From Octopus vulgaris (lineage: Eukaryota): a DNA stretch of 64,000 nt. Made by a program: the position numbers and the translations under genes. This document shows positions 37,651 through 51,253 of this stretch, in pieces. How positions within the stretch are numbered: position 1 is the first letter of the stretch; each line of letters opens with the position of its first letter. The notes under the pieces were generated by a model. The model was not told the origin of the DNA and ran no database searches. It saw only the letters and a program-made list of their open reading frames with translations. The stretch is taken from the NCBI GenBank assembly GCA_951406725.2, contig OX597818.1, positions 44,020,001 through 44,084,000 on the forward strand, written 5' to 3'.

Positions 37651-39167
37651 GAACATATTTTAAGAGGACATGAGACTTGTTTGATTTTAATCTTTTCAAC
37701 CTATTTTTTCCAAGTTTGCTGCCATATTATTTCCAATAATTTCTAGCTAAGAATACAGGTATTAATCCAGTTCAAAGAGTTGAAAATGTTAATTATTTCC
37801 AGATTATCTTTTAGGGATGACTCTAGCTTATAGAAGAGAAAAGAGCAATTAGTCTTAGAAAGCGCTTACTGAAATACAGAATATTTTAATGAAAATAATA
37901 ATAACAGGGTGAATGAATAAAGATCAAGATCAACCATATTTTAAAACTACAATGGCATGCACCTCCCTGACACACACAAAATATAAATAAAAAAAAAAAT
38001 TAAATTCTGACAGTTACAACAATAGGTTACATGAGGTCTGAAGGAAGAGGAGTGAAAATAAAATGATCAGTTTTATCTGGTTTCAGTGAATTGCGATATT
38101 GATCTGTTTTGTATTTGGACATTTGTGAGATGTTGAAAACACTAATCATACTAGTAGAATTAAAGTCAACCTAGAGGTATTGTTCAAGAGGAAATAAGAA
38201 CAAAATCATAAAAAAAAAAAAAATTAAAAAGTATTTATAATCAATATATTTTAGTCTGAAATGTAAGCAGAATGTAGTAGCTACAGTTTACTGACAATAC
38301 CTATATTAGTTTCTGACAAATAACCAAAATTAAACAACAATGGAATCAATAAATTTAATGAGTGACCAATAGAGAAAACCATGAGAAAAACTAATCCAGT
38401 TAGATCTGAACAATACTTGTTGAAAACAAAAATTGTTCCAGTAACTGTGGGTGTCCTAGAAATTAAACTAACTGTTGGATATAGGGTTAACAGCCCACAC
38501 AAACATAGTAGTTTCATGGGGAATGAGAAATCCTCAAGCTCTTTTCAACAAAATTAAGCCTATAGGATTTATAGAATGATCATGTCAGTTTCAAACAGTT
38601 TATATTCGATTCCAATTCTCTCAGGTGAATTGTTGATTTCATGTGGAAATCTGTTTACCAAAATATAAGAAAAAAAAAAGAGATCTGAAAATATCGTATA
38701 CAGCATTAAAGTGAAAGTAGACTGAGATGAAATGTAAACTAAAAACCAAAGTCAAGCTCCCAGTGTACTACAGATGAAAGGGCTCAATCTAATAGAATAT
38801 ATGATAAAAGTCAATTTTCTGTTCCATTGTTAATAGAAAGATGAGGATATTGGTTGCAAAAAGATATCCTTGAGAAGAATAGGAAGAAAGCTGGATCGGG
38901 TTAACATTTCAGCTGAAGTGTTAAAAGTAAATTAATGAAATATAGGAGATGGAATGGACTTCAAAGGTTATGCAATTTTAGCAAAGATGAACTGTATATA
39001 ATATTTAATGTGGAATTGTTTAATGCTGGGTGAAGGGTGTGTGTGTATGAGAGTGTGTGTCAGAGTGCAGAAGTGAATGGAAATAAACTACTACAATTCT
39101 TAATACACATATACTCTATATAACACACACACAAACATCATGCATGAAAAGAACCAGGTCATCTGCC

Positions 39168-39539
39168 CTTTTACTTGTTTCCGTCATTTGACTGTGGCCA
39201 TGCTGAAGCACCGCCTTTAGTCGAGCAAACTGATCCCAGGGCTTATTCTTTGTAAGCCTGGTACTTATTCTATCGGCCTCTTTTGCTGAACTGCTAAGTT
39301 ACGGGATGTAAACACACCAGCATCGGTTGTCAAGCGATGTGGGGGGGGGGGGGACAAACACACACATACATACATACATACATAGGGCTTCTTTCAGTTT
39401 TCATCAACCAAATCCACACACAAGGCTTTGGTTGGCCTGAGGCCATAGTAGAAGACACTTGCTCAAGGTGCCACACAGTGGGACTGAACTCAGAACCATG
39501 TGGTTGGTAAGCAAGCTACTTACCACACAGCCACTCCTG
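39168..39539 (-). mobile_element. SINE family A
   Basis: Reverse complement of the consensus. Confidence 0.87.
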
Positions 39540-40104
39540 TACAAATGTTTCCCAGCTTTCCCAATGATTTTGATTTCTTTTTTGCTCAATCAAAATTTTA
39601 TAAGGATGAAAAAATTTAATTCCTGGTGCAATGTCCTTTGCACACTATGATTTGAAATGTTTAGTACAGCGCCATGCTTCGGTGCAGGTTGATGAGGAAT
39701 GCTTAATACAGATTACTTAGCAGCCTCAATATTCTCCAATGTTCAGAAGGTTTGCACAGCTTGTGATAGTTTCCTTTGATGTTGAATCAGTCAACCTGAA
39801 GTAGTTTACTCATAACAGTATTATATTTCAATTAAGTATTTTTCCATAGTGGCCAACATTAAAATGCAAATAAAAATTTCACAGAGTAAACTGCGTTGCC
39901 ATTTTTAAAAAGCCATCTTAATCACAAAAGTAACATTTTTTCTCTCTTCAGAACTACTGAAATAGCACTGAGAGTGCTGCTCAACACCACTGAGCATATG
40001 ACTATTCCCATCCCGCACTAGTAAAATTACTGCCTTAAAAAAAAACAAAAACAAAAAAAAACAACAACTAGATTTTGTTGCATTGGGAGTTACACAAATG
40101 CTAG

Positions 40105-40485
40105 AACTAGGCGTCACTGCATAGTGCCAAGGACTCCAAATTTGCTATCAAGATGTAGGACAAGATACTGTGATAGCCTGGGCTTCAGAGGTCCACAGCT
40201 CTTCAATATCTTCCCGAAGAACCTGAGAGACCTGCATGAGGTGGATGCAGATGTCTTTAAATTAAAACTAGATCTCTTCCTGTCAGGTGTCCCAGATGAA
40301 CCAACTTCACGGCAGGAGGTGCAGATGAGGGCAGCTGCATCGAACTCTCTCATGCACCAAATGGCAATTGCTAAAAAGCATTCGTGAAGTATAATCATGT
40401 AGCAACACCAAATGGTGGGGCCTCAGCATGGCCACAGCTTGTGAGCTGAAACTAGATAAAATAAAATAAAAATAAATAAAATAAA
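40105..40485 (+). mobile_element. 3' end of a CR1/L2-group LINE with (TAAAA)n tail
   Basis: ORF SLGFRGPQLFNIFPKNLR..FKLKLDLFLSGVPDEP..RAAASNSL, typical of LINE ORF2 C-termini; short UTR and A-rich tail. Confidence 0.82.
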
Positions 40486-41214
40486 TTCTCTGCCACACCC
40501 TTTATACCAATAAGTCTATGAAAGCAGCTATTTATGAATAAACTAAATGTGATACTCTTGTATGTATATCAACTTGACAGAACAAATATAGTCAATTGAT
40601 AAAGTGGTTGAATATTGGACATATTGGTTGGTGCATACAAAAGAGACAATTGCTTTGTTATAGGAATGTGTAGACAACTGATGATTGCTGCTGGATATAT
40701 GCACAATCAATAAATAAGGCAAAAACAGGCTAAGAAGATTCAGTGTTAGGTAGTTAGATAAAAATTTGAATAAGTCAGAGGTGGAATAACAAGGGATAAC
40801 AATAGGTACAGCTGTCTATTCTGAAAACTGCTTAATCTATAACAACAGTATGTTAAGAAAATATGAAAGGTCCATGTAAATAGTTGTGATAATGATGGTT
40901 ATGGTGATGTTAATGATAATGATATACAGAATTGTAATGAAATCAAGAAATGCTAAAGATCAATAAATCAAAAAGGCCAAGGAATTCCATACAGATGTCA
41001 TGTAATCAATTGATATCTATTTTTACACCAAATATCGACAGCCTAAAATAAATTCTGCAAGTTCATTTCTGTAATGTTAACAAGGTAACTGTCCTTTGCT
41101 AAGTTTCTCTACATTAAAAATACATCTTTCTCAAAGTTCATTCCTGCTGAAGTATTTCAATGGTGCTTTTTCATATGGAAAAGTCCATCTTATAATGGGT
41201 CATTCTGGTTTTTG

Positions 41215-41678
41215 TAATCTAAGTAGAAATTTCAAGCTCAAAATCTTCAAAGCCACAGTCGAACCATTTCTACTATATAGCTCAGAAACCTGGATGTTAT
41301 CAAAGAAGCTTGAGAGGCGGTTGAATGGAACTAACACCCGCCTCCTTATGAGAGCTCAAAATCTCTCGTGGAAGCGTCATCCAACCAAAGTACAAATATA
41401 TGGGAAACTACTACCTGTATCATCTCTTGTGAAAGGTAGAAGAGTCCAGTTTGCTGGACATTGTTGTAGAGCTGAAAACAAGGCAATTTCTACTCTTCTC
41501 CTCTGGAAGCCATCTACTCACGATACCAGAGGGCGCACACTCTCCTACCCTGATGTAATCTCCAGGGATACAGGCATCCAGCAACAGGACTTCCGTAATG
41601 CTATGATGGACCGCGAAGTCTGGCATAGCATAGTAAATTCCATTGTCTCGACCACGGTCGATCAATGATGATGATGAT
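41215..41678 (+). mobile_element. 3' end of a second RTE-clade LINE
   Basis: KLKIFKATVEPFLLYSSETW..RRVQFAGHC..AMMDREVW; the stop runs straight into (gat)n. Confidence 0.85.
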
Positions 41679-41861
41679 TTGGTAATATTATAACACACAG
41701 TTGTTCATAATAATCCAATAGGCTTATTGGTTTAGCCCCCTTGACATTGCAATATAAGTACCCACATAGAAAGAGGAGACACATTAGCTAATATAGTCCC
41801 TAGACATATCTGAAAAGATGAAATGATCCCAGCTGAAATATATTTAATCAAAGGTCTAATT

Positions 41862-42089
41862 CAGTGGTTCTCAACTGGGGTCCATATAAGATTTGTTGTT
41901 AAAATTTATGTGCAATAAATTGGTTATATATATTTCTATGATACACAAAGTATTTTATTTTTTATACAATTCCTAATTGTATTTCATTCTTAAAATAGGA
42001 ATTTTTAAACATCGAATGGCTATGAGGGTCCATCTGAGTAAAATAGGAATCAAAGAAGTCCATAAGTAAAAAATGGTTGAGAATCATTG
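41862..42089. mobile_element. hAT-type MITE
   Basis: TIR cagtggttctcaac / gttgagaatcattg; 8-bp TSD gtctaatt (41854) / gtctaact (42090). Confidence 0.85.
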
Positions 42090-42899
42090 GTCTAACTGAT
42101 CAAGGCTAACATATAGCTAGACAACAACTAAGACCAGTTAAATCTGAAGGGTGGTGACAAGGAGGGCATCTGGCTGAAGAAAATCTTCCCCAATAAACTT
42201 CATCTAACTCATGCAAGCATGGAAAAGTGGATGTTATGATGATGTTGAAATGAATTTTGTAGTTGGAGCAGTGAGGTAATATAAATATCTCAGAGCGCTG
42301 AACCTTGTTAAATTTACAATCATAATTCACAAAAGACTCAAAATATAGATAAAATAAACTTTTGAAAGTAATGGGAAAAGTTCACAGATTAATTACCAGT
42401 GAATTAACAAAGGAGCCTCTACATGTTTGTTCAGCTTACTAGAATAAGCAACCATCCAAACTTCCCTTGAATTTTAGACTACTATATAGTCATGGAAAGA
42501 CATGCTGGACAAAGTAGTCTTATATATAACACAAAACAACAATGGCTGTGACTGAAATGTCATTAATCAGAAGATTAAATTTTTTCCATACCCAAACACA
42601 AGTGTCATGTATATATGACTTAGTCTAACCAAACCTACACTGATTCCATGAATAGAAACCTTGAAAACCTCCACCACTGAGGCCATACCAATCTAGCCTC
42701 CTTACACAGTAAATACACAATTATATTATAAGAAAACATTATCCATTCCAAAATGAACAGTGTGAAACTAGAGCCATATAAGGTTGCTACAAATGCTAAG
42801 CTGTACTAACACAGGCCAACATAGATCCTCAACAAGGATGGACTTCTCTGTTTGAGATGAGAAAATACTTCAGCTCTCAACAACAATTACCAACCTACT

Positions 42900-43330
42900 A
42901 CAAAGTTCATGACACACAGTACTGCTTCCTTATTAGGGTATTGTTATACATACATTAGGCTATATCTAAAGAAACTGACTAATTGGCATGGTTTACTTAG
43001 AAACATCAGGTCAACAGAAATGCTGCTGGCTTTCTCCCTCCTTCCATCCTTCTTACATTTCTCTTTTTTTCTCTATTAAAGTGGCCTCTGCTCCACAGAA
43101 CTGGCTGCTCTCATATCTTTCCAACACTCCTGACTCATTTGTTTCTCCTCCTTTCATTATCCATGTTGTATCCAATTTTTCTAACCACTAATTCTCCTCC
43201 AGAATGTCAACCTCCCTGGAATACCTTCCCTATCTATGTTTTTTATGCAGCCACTGGCTTGCAACTATCCAAAAACAGTCTAACTGTATCAGTCTTACCT
43301 GTTTACAGGGCATGTGAAGGCCATGAATAA
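42900..43330 (+). mobile_element. Degraded CR1/L2-group LINE 3' end
   Basis: ctctttttt ctctattaaa..ctctgctccacagaactggct..ccctggaataccttccct..gtttttt (CS.EL and WN.LP..VF-like remnants). Confidence 0.5.
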
Positions 43331-43417
43331 TGTTCCTTATTCAATCCAATAAAAATAAAAGTTTGCCTGAATAATGGGCTAAACCAGACATGGGACTAAG
43401 AAAACCAGGACAAACCC

Positions 43418-43632
43418 GGCCGTTGCCAGTACTGCCAGACTGGCCCTTGTGCTGGTGGCACGTAAAAGCACCCACTACACTCTTGAAGTGGTTGGCGTTA
43501 GGAAGGGCATCCAGCTGTAGAAACTCTGCTAGATCAGATTGGAGCCTGGTGCAACCATCTGGTTCGTCAAACCTCAGTCAAATTGTCCAACCCATGCTAG
43601 CATGGAAAGTGGATGTTAAACGATGATGATGA
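43418..43632 (+). mobile_element. Family B element (single unit)
   Basis: Core and tail. Confidence 0.85.
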
Positions 43633-44040
43633 CTATCAACATCCTAACTAAAAGAAAAAAAGCGCACTGAATCTCAACTGCTGTATGTTAATATAAACTA
43701 TAACAGGATGCAAGTGGCTTATATAGTAATAGTGAGATCAACTATAGGAATTAAGCAATGTTAAAGAAACAAAAAAGTTATTTATAACATCTAAAAGAAA
43801 AAGGCATAATAAATATCTAATTATCAAACAAACATAAACATACATAATTAAATGTCCCATGTTTTCAATGAGCAAATCAATCAATCTCTCTCTCTCTATA
43901 TATATATATATATAAAATGCACTCCATGTCACTGTATATATACTTTTTTTATGAGTGATACTTGAGTGTTTGAACCTGTTGAATTTGTTCCACTTCATAA
44001 GATTTTCTAAATCATTTCACATGAGCTGGAGTCATTCTTT

Positions 44041-44412
44041 CTTTTACTCGTTTCAGTCATTTGACTGCGGCCATGCTGGAGCAAATCGACCCCAGGACTT
44101 ATTCTTTGTAAGCCTAGTACTTATTCTGTCGGTCTCTTTTGCTGAACCACTAAGTTACGGGGACGTAAACACACCAGCATCGGTTGTCAAGCGATGTTGG
44201 GGGGACAAACACAGACACAAACATATATACATATATATATACATATATACAACGGGCTTCTTTCAGTTTCCGTCTACCAAATCCACTCACAAGGCTTTGG
44301 TCGGCTCAAAACTATAGTAGAAGACACTTTCCCAAGGTGCCATGCAGTAGGACTGAACCTGGAACCATGTGGTTGGTAAGCAAGCTACATACCACACAGC
44401 CACTCCTGCACC
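44041..44412 (-). mobile_element. SINE family A
   Basis: Reverse complement of the consensus. Confidence 0.87.
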
Positions 44413-44574
44413 TATTGTTTATTTTTTGTATTTGATTGTTAATTAGTAGCTAGCTTTGTTTGAGGTTACGCCACATTGGCTACTGCTAGGGAATAGGGCT
44501 GACACAGTGCTTTGCAGTTAGCGGTGCGCCTGTCCATCCCACCCTCACCACCTATACTGCTCGATCAGAAAAGA

Positions 44575-45880
44575 CGTAGGTAGAATCTCCATAAGATGTA
44601 CTCAGTGTAAGCTATGGACACATAAAAGGTACAGCAATATCAAAGGAAGGTTAACTGGGAAGATAGTTTTTGTGTGTGACAGATGCACAGTGGCAATAAA
44701 CAGCAAAGATGTACAGAAATTAGATTCCTTCACATGCCAGGAGGAAAAACTAGAAGTAGTTGATAGCTTCTGTTACCTAGATGACCAAATCAGTAGCGGG
44801 AGTGGATGCTCTGAGAGTGTAGCGGCTAGAATAAGAATAGCCTGAGCAAAGTTCAAGGAGCTCCTACCTCAGCTGGTAACAAAGGGCCTCTCGCTCAGAG
44901 TGAAAGGTAGACAGTATGATGCATGTGTGCGAACAGCCATGCTACATGGCAGTGAAACATGGGCTGTGACTGCTGTGGACATGTATAGGCTTGAAAGAAA
45001 TGAAGCTAGTATGCTCCGCTGGATGTGTAATGTCAGTGTGCATATACAACAGGGTGTAAGTGACCTGAGAGAAAAGTTGGACATAAGAAGCATCAGATGT
45101 GGTTGCAAGAGAAACGACTGCACTGGTATAGTCATATATATAGCGCATGGATGAGGAAAGCTGTGTGAAGAGGTGTCACACCCTAATAGTGGAAAGAACC
45201 TGTGGAAGAGGTAGATCTAGGAAGACATGGGATGAGGTAGTGAAGCATGACCTTTGAACATTGGGCCCTTACAGAAGCAATGACACGTGACCAAGACCTT
45301 TGGAGATATGCTGCAATTGAGAAAACCCGGCAAGTCTAGTAAGATCGTAGCTGTGGTTGAAGGCAATGTTGCATAACTGGCCTGTTTAAAAGTACCCTTC
45401 AATTGTCAGGTAATATGCAGTGCTTGAAAAGACCTGATAAATCAAGCAAAATTGTAATCATGGCTGATGCCAGAGCCACCTGACTGGCACCAGAGCTGGT
45501 GGTACATAAAAAGCACCATTTGAGTGTGGTTGATGCCAGTGCTGTCTGACTGGCTCCCATGCCAGTGGTACATGAAAAGCAACATTCAAGTGTGGTTGAT
45601 GCTAGTGCTGTCTGACTGGCTCCCATGCCAGTGGTACATGAAAAGCAACATTCGAGTGTGGTTGATGCCAGTGCCATCTGACTGGCCCCTGTGCTGGTGG
45701 CACATAAAAAGCACCCACTACACTCTTGGAGTGGTTGGCATTAGGAAGGGCATCCAGCTGTAGAAACTTTGTCAGATCAGATTGGAGCCTGGTGCAACCT
45801 CCTGGCTTGCTAGTCCTCAGTCAAACCGTCCAACCTATGCCAGCACGGAAAGTGGATGTTAAATGATGATGATGATGATG
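44575..45880 (+). mobile_element. RTE-type LINE fragment, same family as 20610-22052, with four 66-bp UTR units
   Basis: KGRQYDACVRTAMLHGSETWAVT..RLERNEASMLRWMC; units start at 45466, 45532, 45598 and 45664; (gat)n tail. Confidence 0.88.
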
Positions 45881-46044
45881 AAGTCTCATGATGTTCAAAG
45901 AAACAGTCTGAAGTTTTCTAAATTATCCAACAGCATTTCTACTTTTTTACTGCAGCAGTGTCTCTATTTTGTTGTTCTGTTTGTCTTTTGTATTTGAAAG
46001 TTCATTCTGCTTTCTTAACACTTAGCTAATGATTCTAATATTTT

Positions 46045-46505
46045 ATCCTTTACTTGTTTCAGTCATTAGTGACCATACTGGGGCACTGCTTTGAAGAAAC
46101 TTAGCTGAACAAATTGACCTTGGTACTTTTGTTTTAAAAACCTGGTACTTATTCTATCAGTTTCTTCTGCCGAACCACTAACTTATGTGGATGTAAGCAC
46201 ACCAACACCTGTTATCAAGCAGTGGTGGAGGACAAACATGGACACAATGATACACACAGATATATATATATATCTTTCCTTTCCTGAGCGTCCAATAACA
46301 CTATACTTGTTCCACGTCCTCGCGTTGTTGTGTTTTCTCTTTGTTCAAGTTTGAACTATATATATATATATATATATATATACATGATGGTCTTCTTACA
46401 ATTTCCATCAACCAGTTCCACTAACAAGGCATTGGTTAGGCTGGGGCTACAGCAGAAGACACTTACCCAAGGTGTCACACAGTATGACTGAACCCAGAAA
46501 CATGT
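46045..46505 (-). mobile_element. Old SINE family A with a Penelope-like end nested in its internal (TA)n
   Basis: tttacttgtttcagtcatt tail, acacttacccaaggtgtcacac head; insert at 46275-46358. Confidence 0.7.
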
Positions 46506-47659
46506 GGTCGAGAAAGGTTTTAATGTTCATTAATTCTGATGATTTTCCTAGCATTGCAAGAAATTTCAATGCTACATTAGCATATCGTCTACCACAGTAT
46601 CAGTAGTCTATGTGGTGAAATGCCCTGATCTAGATTAGGGTTAGGGTTAAAGAACACTTTGGAAGTACAGATTGAAAATTCATAAGGTCAAGAAGTGCTA
46701 ATGCTTCCTCTTATCTACACAAGAAATATTGTTGTTCACGAACTTCAGCATTGAAGCATACATGTTTAAACATTTTGGGAGTGATAAATATAATTTTCTT
46801 ATTTTCCTGTTATTTTGGAATTTTTATATACTTCCTCATCCTCTAATTATCAACTTTCATCAGGTTACATTTTCAACACTAATTTTGTCATTATCGATGA
46901 CTCAGGCACTCTAGCGGGTAAGATTACACTAAATTATATTAAATACCTCATTTTGAAAAATGGACAGAATTTTAATCTCAAATTTCCAAGTATCCAATTA
47001 GTTAAATTTATGTTAGGGACTTTTTCTTTTTAAGTTCATTGAGCCTAATCCCATGTCTTAAATACTGTAGCTATTGTAATTAAGACATGGTGATTAAGAA
47101 ATAATAATCGTTTTATTCACAGCCAATACAAGGAGAGAAGCTGACATATAAAATTAGTCATATTATAGCGAGTAAAATGTAAAAACAAAATTTATGTCTT
47201 AGTACTGAATTTTGAGAGGAACCTTATACATATTATATGTATAAAACATCATCATCATTGTTTTTCAAAATTTCGATGGTGGCATAAGTTGAATGGGACT
47301 TTTGGAGGGTATTTTTTTTACAACTGGATTACCCTTTCTGATGGCACAGAAGGTGTGTGTGTGTGTGTGTGTGTGTGTAACGATATAAACGACGGAGAAA
47401 TATGAACTTTGTTTAACAAATAAAGTTCATCATAATATTTCTCCATTGTTTATACCTTTATATTCTCCTAATTCTTTTCTCATGTATATTATTATATACT
47501 CTAAATGGTTTGTATAATGACAAACTAAGGAGCTTTTTTATGAGTAGTACTACTGGATTACTTGAATCCATATATTGTGACATATATATATATATATATA
47601 TTACTTGCTGGATCTGAAGGAAGGGATGTAGTTTGCATGTTTTTTGGCACACCTAGACC

Positions 47660-48000
47660 ATGAGATCGATGTCGTTAAATGCTCCACTCAAACCTTTGCA
47701 AATTATCATCAATGGGAAAGATATGAGTAGGGAATGAATTCTAGATGGCAGAAGTTCTGGTTGTAGTGATTAATGTGAGGCTTAGAGGATGGACAAAATG
47801 GCAATTCAAAGAGAAGAGATGAACGGGAGAGGAATATTGAGAAGAGGTGGCATGAACCTAGCCAACACCAAGGAGCTGAGGCCATTATAATAGCAGCAAA
47901 AAAAAGGCAGAGAAAGAAGACAGCAAGTATGTCTGTGAGAGACTTTATTTCCATCAGATGGGCAGCATTTTTCTGGATGTAAGGCATCATTACCATCTAA
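47660..48000 (-). mobile_element. Degraded CR1/L2-group LINE 3' end
   Basis: IQKNAAHLMEIKSLTD..AVFFLCLF, resembling LINE C-termini (IQKRA.RLI..SLT). Confidence 0.5.
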
Positions 48001-50227
48001 TTAGTGTTCATTATCCAAGCTGGTATGCATTGAACAGTTCAACAGGAACCAGAAGACTGCACCAAGTTCTAATGCCTGCTTTTGCATGGTTTCTACAGCT
48101 GGATAATCCTCATAATGCTTTTTTATATTAGCATTGGTGCTAATGAGGTCACCAATAACTTGCAAGACAAGACCCCTTCAACTGAGTGAGTGTAGCATTG
48201 AGGGAGAAGACTTTACGCTAAGTGATGAGAGGTGGGGACAGTAACAGGTGTCTTACTGTAGAGTAGATACACAGCTATCCCTAGAGAAGAACCCAGGACA
48301 CTTTGTAAAGTGGTTGGTGTTAGAAAGGGCATCCAGCTGGAGAAACCATGCCAAAACAGATGCCTGGAGCTTGGCATGGTCCCTGGCTTACCAGCCCCTG
48401 TCAAACTGTCCAACCTGTGTTAGCATGGAAAACAAACCTAAAATGAAGATGCTGATGATATATATGAGTATATGTACCTCAACATATTCTGATCAATGGA
48501 GATGTTCAGACAGACCCTTGATTGACAAATCTACATATCTGAAATGTTGTAACATGACCAACCCTAACCAAAATGTATTTGAGACTTCTTTCAACTCCTT
48601 ACTCTCCTGTCCCATCATGAATAAGTAGTTCAAGCTCAAAATATTGTAATGCTATGGATTTTATTAGAAAAAATAAATATGTCTGCTTCTTTTGCACAGA
48701 CACATACATATAAACATACACTCATAAACATTTATACACCCACACACACAAACATACATATTTACAAACACTGACTTAATCTAAACCCGAGAGAAAGAGA
48801 GAGGTGAAAGAGAAAAGCTACTTAGTGAAGCATAAAATATATTTATGTATTAAATTTCAGTATCAGTAAAATATAAATATCTTAAGAATTATTAGTTTAT
48901 TTTTCTTAATAGTAAACAAAAATAAACTACCGATATAAGTACTGTAAGATTTGTAAATAGTCATGTGCAGTTTTTAACAGATACTTGAAGCAGCAAGCAC
49001 TTCAGTATGACATTCTTTTACTTAAAAAAAAAAAAGAAAAAGAAATAAAATGAAATAAAATAAAATAAAATAAAATTATAATCATCATGATCATGAATTC
49101 ATGTAAAAATCTCTTCTGTTTTCCAATGCTTGCAGGAGTTACACTTGCCTGACTACATTCAAATCATATCAACTGAATAAATGTACAATCACCATTTTGA
49201 ATAAGTACAATCAGAGTAGTGAAGGTTTAGCATTAAAAAACCAAAAAACAACAAAAAAAAACAACAAAAAACAAAACAAAAAAAAAACCAAATATATAAT
49301 TTGAAAGTGTATTTATACAAAAAGAAAAAAAAAAACAGGAAAAAAATAAAAGCCAGTTATTTACAATCCTTTTTTTCATGAAGCACATAAGCAAAATATA
49401 GTTGCCAGTTAGTTGTTGCTATTGCTACTTTGCAACAGATTTCCCTCACCTGCTGTTGTACAATTCTAATTCATTATATTCACATAATGAAGAGCTAAGC
49501 TTTAGCAAGCTCTTGACCTGCTTCAGTTCCTTCGTCACATGATCCTGTTTTATGGAACTAGGTCTTTAGAGTAGTCAATTAAAATCTTAGTTCTTTGTTT
49601 AGTTTCAGGTCAGCTTTGATGAAGCAAACCTATATATAATCAAAGCATTCCAACCATGACCGTCCCAACTTATTTGCAAACAATGCATCCAGGAGTAAAT
49701 TCTCCAGTATGTTCTTGTAGGGAGTACGGTAGGAGAGGAATATGGCTGCTACTTCTAGCAGGTTGAGCAACTATGTAGAGACTTTCCCCTATTTACACAA
49801 TCAACATTGTACTTCAGTTTATCTATTATGAGAAGCTAAATAAAAAAATAAATAAATAAAATGAAATAAAATAAAATAAAAATACAATGTTTATCACTAA
49901 CATTCATTAATTGAATCAACACTATCAATGCTTAGAAACCTATGTAGAGTGGTATATCATTTAATGAAAAGAAAGAGCTTCAGGAAAGTTTACACTTAGT
50001 AAGTATTAAACATTGTTAATTTGATCTTTAAAAATTTTTCAAGGAGTAGTAATTTTGTTGGTATTTTAGAGAATTACAATACTGAAGTTAGTATTAATAG
50101 AATGAGTCTCAAATAATCAAGAAAACATATAGAGAATTTCAGTCAATCTCTCTCTCCCAATGTGGAATGGTAAGCTAGCAAGCTACATGAAGGGGGTATA
50201 AAACCAGTGGTGCTGTTATACAGTTAA

Positions 50228-50410
50228 CCCTTTAGCATTTAATATGGTCGTATCTGGCCTAAGTATATTCTACCTGTTTTATGTTAAAACTAACCATATC
50301 CAATCTTTCACACCTATCCTACAATGTCATTCTAAAAATATACAAACACACTATTGGAACCTTTGAATAAATAGGCATTATATTTGACAAAGAAATCTGA
50401 ATGCTAAGGG
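50228..50410. mobile_element. piggyBac-like MITE (right end degraded)
   Basis: TTAA-ccctttagcatt ... aatgctaaggg. Confidence 0.65.
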
Positions 50411-51253
50411 CTCTTAAACCTGGATAGTCAGCAATGCAAAGGATCTGTAACAACCACAGTAATAAGATGAATTTGGTCTTTCTGGTGTGCAGTGAAAACT
50501 TGTGAAAAAGGTTCTGTGCAAGTGAGTTGAAGGAGCAACTGAACAGCAAAAACACTGATGGGTATATGGAAAAAACTAATTAAAGGACAACTGTCCATTT
50601 TGAAAATGACTGGTGAAAAACTGCTTTGAGTTTATAAGGAAAGGTGAAGCATAACTAATATAGATTTGATACAAAACGAAGGCATTTTATTGCAGATTTT
50701 TCTAACTAATGCCAGTATAGAAAATTGGATATTAAATTTTTAAAATAAAATGGAAATTATATTTTCTTTATTAAAATATAAGAAGTGTGATACATTAAGA
50801 TCTAATACAAGGTGTTTTGCCCAGTATATGGTTTCATATTGCAGACTCCCAGAACACTATTGTCCCTGTCTCTCTCCTGGTAGTAGCACTATTAATTCTC
50901 ATAGGGTATCAGTAAGACAGATGGTGCAAAACCCTATATCTTGTTCGGTATTTCATGACTGTGGCTGACCGTATATCCTCCTCAAGTCTGTTAAGACTTG
51001 GAAAAGCTATAAAAATAAAATAAGTTTACATAGCATTCCAAAGAAATACTTGTTGAAGATGCTACATAAACTGATACTTATTTCTTCTTTAGAAAAAAAA
51101 AAAAAAAAGAGACATATCAATATTTTATAAGGGAAAAGCACAATTAATGTTTCCCGATTACTACCAACATTATTAACCCTTAAAATAGGAAAGATCAGAC
51201 AACACTCATGTGATCTGAACTCAAAATAGTAAGGTCTAAATTACATAGTTTAA

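Noticed and set aside
38560-38680. Good minus-strand acceptor (tttcttatattttggtaaacag) with a short open frame
   Set aside because: The frame stops after ~25 codons, with no homology and no donor; cannot be supported without RNA data.
39695-39800. Possible non-coding minus-strand exon (cag|gttgac ... |gtaatc)
   Set aside because: Splice-like dinucleotides are frequent by chance in 60 kb; no independent evidence.
45399-45677. ORF with 22-aa repeats (ALASTTLECCFSCTTGMGASQT), and possible CRISPR-like array
   Set aside because: Translation of the 66-bp UTR tandem units. No unique spacers, no cas genes, eukaryotic context.
46635-46650. (TTAGGG)2 telomere-like repeat
   Set aside because: Too short for an interstitial telomere; probably a MITE remnant.
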